Source: an uncultured bacterium (GTDB lineage Bacteria; Actinomycetota; Actinomycetes; JAVEEB01). Taken from it: a DNA stretch of 64,000 bases. Positions 63,844 to 64,000 of the stretch are shown here, in pieces (position 1 is the stretch's first letter; the number at the start of each line of letters is the position of its first letter). A program made the position numbers and the translations under genes. The notes beneath the pieces are model-generated. The model searched no databases and was not told the DNA's origin. It worked only from the letters and a program-made list of their open reading frames with translations. The DNA is taken from the NCBI GenBank assembly GCA_964236265.1, contig CAXSDE010000010.1, forward strand, positions 2,826 to 66,825, in the 5' to 3' direction.

Positions 63844-64000
63844 ATGACCCGGACAACCAGCGGTGTCTCTCGCCGTCAGGCCCGCCGACGACTCGACGAA
63901 CGCACCGACGTCCTCCGCCAGGCCCTCCCAGAGTTGGGCACGCCGCGCGGGGGATGGCTGCGCGCTGTCCGGGAGGCCCTCGGGATGTCGTCCATGGATC
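63844..64000 (+). CDS. XRE-type HTH protein resembling mobile mystery protein A (TIGR02612-like), 5-prime partial at window end
   Basis: GAAGGAGG RBS then MTRTTSGVSRRQARRRLDERTDVLRQALPELGTPRGGWLRAVREALGMS. The GGWLRAVREALGMS motif is characteristic of that family. Confidence 0.5.
   Translation, partial: MTRTTSGVSRRQARRRLDERTDVLRQALPELGTPRGGWLRAVREALGMSSMD

Overview
High-GC (~70%) actinobacterial chromosomal segment, densely coding on both strands. The conserved backbone is syntenic with the Mycobacterium tuberculosis Rv1201c-Rv1229c neighbourhood: dapD, dapE, two LOG genes, tag, a DUF3117 protein (Rv1211-like), glgM/glgA (Rv1212c-like), glgC, an Rv1220c-like O-methyltransferase, sigE, rseA, tatB and mrp; fdxA and a dapC-like gene lie nearby. 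Accessory content is inserted into this backbone: (1) at the left edge, a Sec-signal Rhs/YD-repeat polymorphic toxin gene whose N-terminus carries three ~930-bp near-identical tandem NHL beta-propeller modules, with an IS3 transposase remnant just upstream (gene runs off the window); (2) a secreted GH18 chitinase preceded by two DasR-type dre palindromes; (3) two complete Dpp/Opp-type family-5 ABC transporter operons, one tightly linked to a GH4 glycosidase, a BadF-type sugar kinase and a divergent ROK regulator; (4) a LacI regulator with a perfect operator palindrome in front of a Tat-secreted beta-helix glycosidase-like gene, followed by a decayed tandem paralog; (5) a clearly lower-GC (~57%) two-gene cassette between tag and a DivIVA-domain gene (small acidic protein plus basic protein, stop-start coupled) that looks like a horizontally acquired toxin-antitoxin or defence module of unrecognised family; (6) an ECF sigma factor gene whose 3-prime half is replaced by a DUF222-HNH (REP13E12-like) endonuclease gene; (7) a GH1 beta-glucosidase pseudogene; (8) several intergenic tandem repeat arrays and strong palindromes; (9) at the right edge, an AT-rich stretch followed by the start of a mobile-mystery-protein-A-like HTH gene. 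No rRNA, tRNA or CRISPR arrays were seen. Many large ORFs in the supplied track are antisense shadows of real genes in this GC-rich DNA and were not called.
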